This document shows, in pieces, positions 60,180 to 64,000 of a stretch of DNA of 64,000 nucleotides (position 1 is its first letter; the number at the start of each line of letters is the position of its first letter). The stretch lies in the NCBI GenBank assembly GCA_964552195.1, contig CAZKFM010000001.1, positions 258,796-322,795 on the forward strand, in the 5' to 3' direction. The DNA comes from an uncultured Flavobacteriaceae bacterium. Its GTDB lineage: Bacteria; Bacteroidota; Bacteroidia; Flavobacteriales; Flavobacteriaceae. The position numbers and the translations under genes were made by a program. The notes under the pieces are model-generated. The model was not told the origin of the DNA, searched no databases, and saw only the letters and a program-made list of their open reading frames with translations.

Positions 60180-60656
60180 ATGAGTAAAGTGGCTTATTAC
60201 ACACAGGAAGGATTGAAGAAACTCAGGGAGGAACTCAACCAGCTTAAAGATGTGGAGCGTCCCAGGGCATCTCAGGCTATAGCCGACGCCCGGGATAAAG
60301 GTGACCTCTCGGAAAATGCCGAATACGATGCAGCCAAGGAGGCTCAGGGCCTGTTGGAGATGAAGATATCCAAGTTGGAGGAACTGCTGGCCAATGCGCG
60401 GCTTATAGACGAGTCCCAGTTGGATACCTCCAAGGCGCTCGTTCTATCCACAGTCAGGTTAAAGAATACGGCCAATGGACAGGAGATGAAATACACCCTG
60501 GTGGCCGAAAGTGAGGCCGATCTCAAGACCGGGAAGATCTCCGTGACTTCGCCCATAGGAAAAGGGTTACTGGGAAAATCCGTGGGGGACATCGCCGAAA
60601 TCCAGGTGCCTAACGGAACGCTCAAGTTCGAGGTTATCGAGATTACCCGAGTATAA
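60180..60656 (+). CDS. greA: transcription elongation factor GreA
   Basis: YYTQEGLKKLREEL coiled-coil N-domain with acidic DLSENAEYDAAKE tip, plus an FKBP-like C-domain. Start at the internal ATG. Confidence 0.9.
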   Translation: MSKVAYYTQEGLKKLREELNQLKDVERPRASQAIADARDKGDLSENAEYDAAKEAQGLLEMKISKLEELLANARLIDESQLDTSKALVLSTVRLKNTANGQEMKYTLVAESEADLKTGKISVTSPIGKGLLGKSVGDIAEIQVPNGTLKFEVIEITRV

Positions 60657-60676
60657 ACAACCGTATACCACTCAAG

Positions 60677-61087
60677 ATGTCAAGTATCTTCAGCAAAATT
60701 GTACAAGGCGAGCTGCCCAGTTATAAGATAGTCGAGGACGACCGATTCCTGGCCTTTCTGGATATAAATCCCAATTCGCCGGGACATACACTCTGTATCA
60801 CCAAGACGGAGGTGGACAAAATCTGGGATCTGGATGAGGAAACCTATACAGGCCTCATGCAGTTTTCACGTAAGGTTGCCCTGGTACTCGAATCTCAGAT
60901 TGCCTGCGAACGAGTGGGTATGTCGGTTATAGGCCTGGAGGTGCCTCACGTTCATGTCCATCTTATTCCACTGCGCAATATGGACGATGCCAGGTTTACC
61001 ACCAAGGCCAAGTTTACTGAGGAGGCTTTCGAAGATCTGGCCTCACGCCTTCAGCATGCCTACAAACAGCGCTACGGAACAGCCTAG
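60677..61087 (+). CDS. HIT family protein
   Basis: Histidine triad HVHVHLIP. Confidence 0.85.
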   Translation: MSSIFSKIVQGELPSYKIVEDDRFLAFLDINPNSPGHTLCITKTEVDKIWDLDEETYTGLMQFSRKVALVLESQIACERVGMSVIGLEVPHVHVHLIPLRNMDDARFTTKAKFTEEAFEDLASRLQHAYKQRYGTA

Positions 61088-62244
61088 GTTTCAGGCACCT
61101 TTTCAAAGGGCAGTGATATCTGCATGGTCGTGCCGGACTCTCCGGTTTGCAGTACCCGTATCCTGCCGCCATGATATTCCTCAACTATTCTCCGAACCAG
61201 GGAGAGTCCGAGTCCCCAGCCCCTTTCCTTGGTGGTGACTCCGGGATGGAAGATGCGTTTGACTATATCCTTTGGAATTCCGGAACCCGTGTCCCTAACG
61301 GTTATATGCGCCAGGGTGCCATTGACCTTGATATCCAGAAAGATGTCTCCCTTGCCTTTCATGGCATCGATACCATTTTTTACCAGGTTTTCGATACTCC
61401 AGCTATACAGGGAAGGATTGAGCGGGAGCATCAGATCCATAGGTTGGGCCTGCCAGTGAAACCTGACGAGCTTGGAGTGACGTTTTTCCAGATATGTCCA
61501 GGTTCTACGGGTCTCTTCAACGAGGTCACAGGTATGGAGCTTGGGAACGGAACCAATCTTGGAGAAGCGATCGGTTATGACCTGAAGGCGTTCGATGTCC
61601 TTATTGATTTCTGCCGGAATCTCCGGGGATATGTCTTCGTTTTTCAGGAGTTCCGACCAGCCCACCAGAGAAGTCAGCGGGGTTCCGATCTGATGTGCCG
61701 TCTCCTTGGCCATGCCTGTCCAGAGCCGGTTCTGCTCCGACATCTTGTTGGTCATGAAGAAGAAATACAGGACGGCACCGAAGAGGAAAACGATCAGTAA
61801 CAGGGCAATGGGGTAATACCGGAGTTGAGTAAGAACATCGGAGTTTCCGTAGTAGAGGGTAGCCAGGTATTCTCCTTTATAACTGAGTTCGAGGGGTTTA
61901 TTCTGGTCGGCGTAGGTCTTCATTTTCCTGATCAGTCGAAGGGAATCCCCGGCGATCTTATCGGGCAGGTTGTGGGAGCGGATACTTCCGTCTTTATTCT
62001 GAAGGATCATGGGGGTGGAGCTATTTTTTCGCAACACCTGTATGGGAAGGTCCCCCAGGTCCTGTTCCAGGGTTGATTGCATGAGCTCGGACTGTGCGGT
62101 GGCCCAGATTTCCATTTTCAACCGCTCCTCTTCCTTGAACTTCACGAAGAATTCGTTAGTGTTCCAAAGGATGAATACGACGATGGCAAAGGCAAAAAGG
62201 AGTAGCCAAAGCGTAGTGTTTCGATTGAGGAACCTCCACTTCAT
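61084..62244 (-). CDS. sensor histidine kinase (2 TM, HisKA + HATPase_c), orphan
   Basis: H-box AHQIGTPL and N/G1/G2 boxes (NLVKNGIDA, RDTGSGI, GWGLGLS). No adjacent response regulator. Confidence 0.8.
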   Translation of the reverse strand: MKWRFLNRNTTLWLLLFAFAIVVFILWNTNEFFVKFKEEERLKMEIWATAQSELMQSTLEQDLGDLPIQVLRKNSSTPMILQNKDGSIRSHNLPDKIAGDSLRLIRKMKTYADQNKPLELSYKGEYLATLYYGNSDVLTQLRYYPIALLLIVFLFGAVLYFFFMTNKMSEQNRLWTGMAKETAHQIGTPLTSLVGWSELLKNEDISPEIPAEINKDIERLQVITDRFSKIGSVPKLHTCDLVEETRRTWTYLEKRHSKLVRFHWQAQPMDLMLPLNPSLYSWSIENLVKNGIDAMKGKGDIFLDIKVNGTLAHITVRDTGSGIPKDIVKRIFHPGVTTKERGWGLGLSLVRRIVEEYHGGRIRVLQTGESGTTMQISLPFEKVPET

Positions 62245-62359
62245 CCTAACGATAAATTAAGGATATGGCCATGGTTGTTAAAGATACCTAAAAAGCCATT
62301 TTTCCAGAAATTACTTAGGTTGATGTTGTTAATTTGCATTTAAGAATGAAAGTGATAAG

Positions 62360-62740
62360 ATGGAAATTCAAGGCGTAGTCAAGCTGATAGAAGAGACAAA
62401 GACCTATGGAAGCAATGGCTTCCGTAAGCGGGAAATGGTGCTGACCACGGAGGAGACCTATCCCCAGCACATCCTAATCGAGTTCGTTCAGGACCGCACC
62501 GATTTACTGGACCCTTTACGCCCGGGAGACAAGGTGAATGTCAGTATCAATCTCAGGGGGAGGGAATGGACCAGTCCCCAGGGAGAAGTCAAGTACTTCA
62601 ATTCGATACAGGGATGGCGGATCGAGAAGGTGCAGAACGATGTTCCCGGACCTGAGGCTGCTCCACCTGCCCCGCCCATGAATACTTACGAATCCACCGA
62701 TAACGGAAACGACGAAGACTACGACGATTTACCTTTTTAA
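62360..62740 (+). CDS. DUF3127 family protein with SSB-like acidic C-terminal tip
   Basis: The MEIQGVVKLIEE...REMVLTTEETYPQHILIEF...GWRIEKV pattern is typical of DUF3127. It then has a Pro-rich linker and a DEDYDDLPF end. Confidence 0.6.
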   Translation: MEIQGVVKLIEETKTYGSNGFRKREMVLTTEETYPQHILIEFVQDRTDLLDPLRPGDKVNVSINLRGREWTSPQGEVKYFNSIQGWRIEKVQNDVPGPEAAPPAPPMNTYESTDNGNDEDYDDLPF

Positions 62741-62796
62741 CCCCCGCAGCCTTTAGCCGACGGCAGGTTGTGGGAAATCATAAGACGATCAAACCC

Positions 62797-63477
62797 ATGC
62801 GTGCAAAAGGTGAGAACATACGGATTCCATTCCTGGACGCTTTCACGGACTTTCCACCCGTCCATCAGGCCAACGAAATGGGCCTGCTTGCCATGGGAGG
62901 AGACCTGTCTCCCAAACGATTAATGGAGGCCTATCACAAGGGAATTTTTCCCTGGTTCAACCAGGACGAACTAATCTTATGGTGGAGCCCTGACCCTCGT
63001 ATGGTTTTGTTTCCTGACCGGATCAAGGTCTCCAAGAGTATGCGCAGGGTGATCCGTTCCGGACGATTCAGGCTTACTGAAAATAGCTGCTTCGATCAGG
63101 TGATCGAACGTTGTTCGGGGATTCCGCGGCATGGACAGGATGGCACCTGGATTACTGACAAAATGAAGGAGGCCTTTATTCGGCTGCATGAATTAGGCAA
63201 AGCCCATTCCTATGAAGTATGGGAAGGGGATGAACTGGTGGGAGGGTTGTATGGAGTCGATTTGGGACGTGTTTTCTGTGGAGAGAGCATGTTTTCCGAA
63301 GTGTCCAATGCCTCCAAGTTTGCCCTGATACAGTTGGCCAGGAAACTCAGTGATAAAGGGTATATGCTGATCGACTGCCAAAGTTATACGTCCCATCTGG
63401 AGGGCATGGGTGGCGAATTGATCCCGAGGGCGGAATTCATCGATTTCCTCAGTCGCAATCAGGATCCTGAGAAATAG
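62797..63477 (+). CDS. aat: leucyl/phenylalanyl-tRNA--protein transferase
   Basis: GLLAMGGDLSPKRLMEAYHKGIFPWF and the C-terminal GNAT-like region are typical of L/F-transferase. Start chosen at the first ATG after the TTG ORF start. Confidence 0.8.
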   Translation: MRAKGENIRIPFLDAFTDFPPVHQANEMGLLAMGGDLSPKRLMEAYHKGIFPWFNQDELILWWSPDPRMVLFPDRIKVSKSMRRVIRSGRFRLTENSCFDQVIERCSGIPRHGQDGTWITDKMKEAFIRLHELGKAHSYEVWEGDELVGGLYGVDLGRVFCGESMFSEVSNASKFALIQLARKLSDKGYMLIDCQSYTSHLEGMGGELIPRAEFIDFLSRNQDPEK

Positions 63478-64000
63478 GTAGCGATCTGCATATACAGGGG
63501 CATCCCCAGGGTAATATTGAATGGAAAGGTCACGGCCAGCGCCATGGGCACATACAGGCTGGGATTTGCTTTGGGAGCCGCGAGCTTCATGGCCGCGGGT
63601 ACAGCGATGTACGAAGCACTCGCGGCGAGGATGGCGAACAAGAAGCGGTTTCCCAGATCGTCGGTCACCCATTGGCTGACATAGGCAGTCAGACAGCCAT
63701 TAATCAGTGGCAGTATAATGGCGAAGAACAATGCGAATTTGCCCTTCTTCACGAAATCAGCTAATCGACGTCCGCTATTGATGCCCATATCCAAAAGAAA
63801 AACGGCCAGAAATCCTTTGAATATATCGGTGGTAAACGGCTTGATCCCTTCGGCCTGCTGATCACTGGCTACGAAACCAATGATCAGACTCCCGATGATC
63901 AGGAATACACTCCCATTGGTCAGTGAGTGGTGGAGAATTTTGCCCATCGGCTGTTTCTCTTCCTGGTCTTTCCTGTACAGGGACATCAGTAATACCCCCA
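63459..64000 (-). CDS. SbtA-like (DUF897) putative sodium-dependent bicarbonate permease, partial (N-terminus beyond window)
   Basis: Multi-TM C-terminal region running to the window edge. The apparent Met at 63986 is probably internal. Confidence 0.55.
   Translation of the reverse strand, partial: GVLLMSLYRKDQEEKQPMGKILHHSLTNGSVFLIIGSLIIGFVASDQQAEGIKPFTTDIFKGFLAVFLLDMGINSGRRLADFVKKGKFALFFAIILPLINGCLTAYVSQWVTDDLGNRFLFAILAASASYIAVPAAMKLAAPKANPSLYVPMALAVTFPFNITLGMPLYMQIATYFSGS

Overview
This 64 kb window reads as a core chromosomal segment of a Flavobacteriaceae-type Bacteroidetes genome, about 55% GC. The lineage call rests on GldD/GldE gliding proteins, many TonB-dependent receptors, DUF4270/DUF6090/DUF3127 proteins, and TAnnTTTG-like -7 promoter motifs. 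Gene density is high and nearly all ORFs look intact. I found no transposases, integrases, CRISPR arrays, or rRNA/tRNA genes.

Gene order from start to end:
- Ig-like lipoprotein, comF, a coiled-coil membrane protein, glyQS, and a DUF6090 protein.
- An omp / TonB-dependent receptor / GH13 alpha-amylase operon.
- xth, an aldo-keto reductase, radA, an esterase-like hydrolase, and a flippase-like membrane protein with no canonical start codon.
- panD-panC, then a truncated glycogen synthase and a DUF4270 lipoprotein (translationally coupled), then glmS.
- A SusC-like TonB-dependent receptor, then atpD-atpC.
- A bioF-bioD-bioA-KAS operon, a YqiJ/NfeD-like protein plus flotillin pair, bioB, and a JmjC/cupin oxygenase.
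- recX, rng (RNase E/G), HU, mutY-ssb-gldE-gldD, and a secreted pair of M16 peptidases.
- rplU (with a long C-terminal extension) and rpmA, another TonB-dependent receptor, and a LytS/LytTR two-component pair.
- ahcY, then a vitamin salvage locus: PPTase, YkoF-like thiamine-binding protein, pnuC, NadR-type ribosylnicotinamide kinase, a DUF4301 protein, a terminator, a TPP riboswitch, a TonB-dependent receptor, and a Gfo/Idh/MocA oxidoreductase.
- greA, a HIT protein, an orphan histidine kinase, a DUF3127 protein with an SSB-like C-terminal tip, aat, and a partial SbtA-like permease.

The observations I rate highest are these:
- A canonical THI-box (TPP riboswitch) controls a TonB-dependent receptor and an oxidoreductase.
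- The translationally coupled pnuC / kinase / DUF4301 operon, in which DUF4301 carries UDPGP-like nucleotidyltransferase motifs.
- A DUF3127 OB-fold protein that ends in the SSB protein-interaction motif DDLPF.
- A FabF-like ketoacyl synthase coupled to bioA in a bio operon with no bioC/H/G/W/Z visible.
- A Rho_N/SAP-like extension on ribosomal protein L21.
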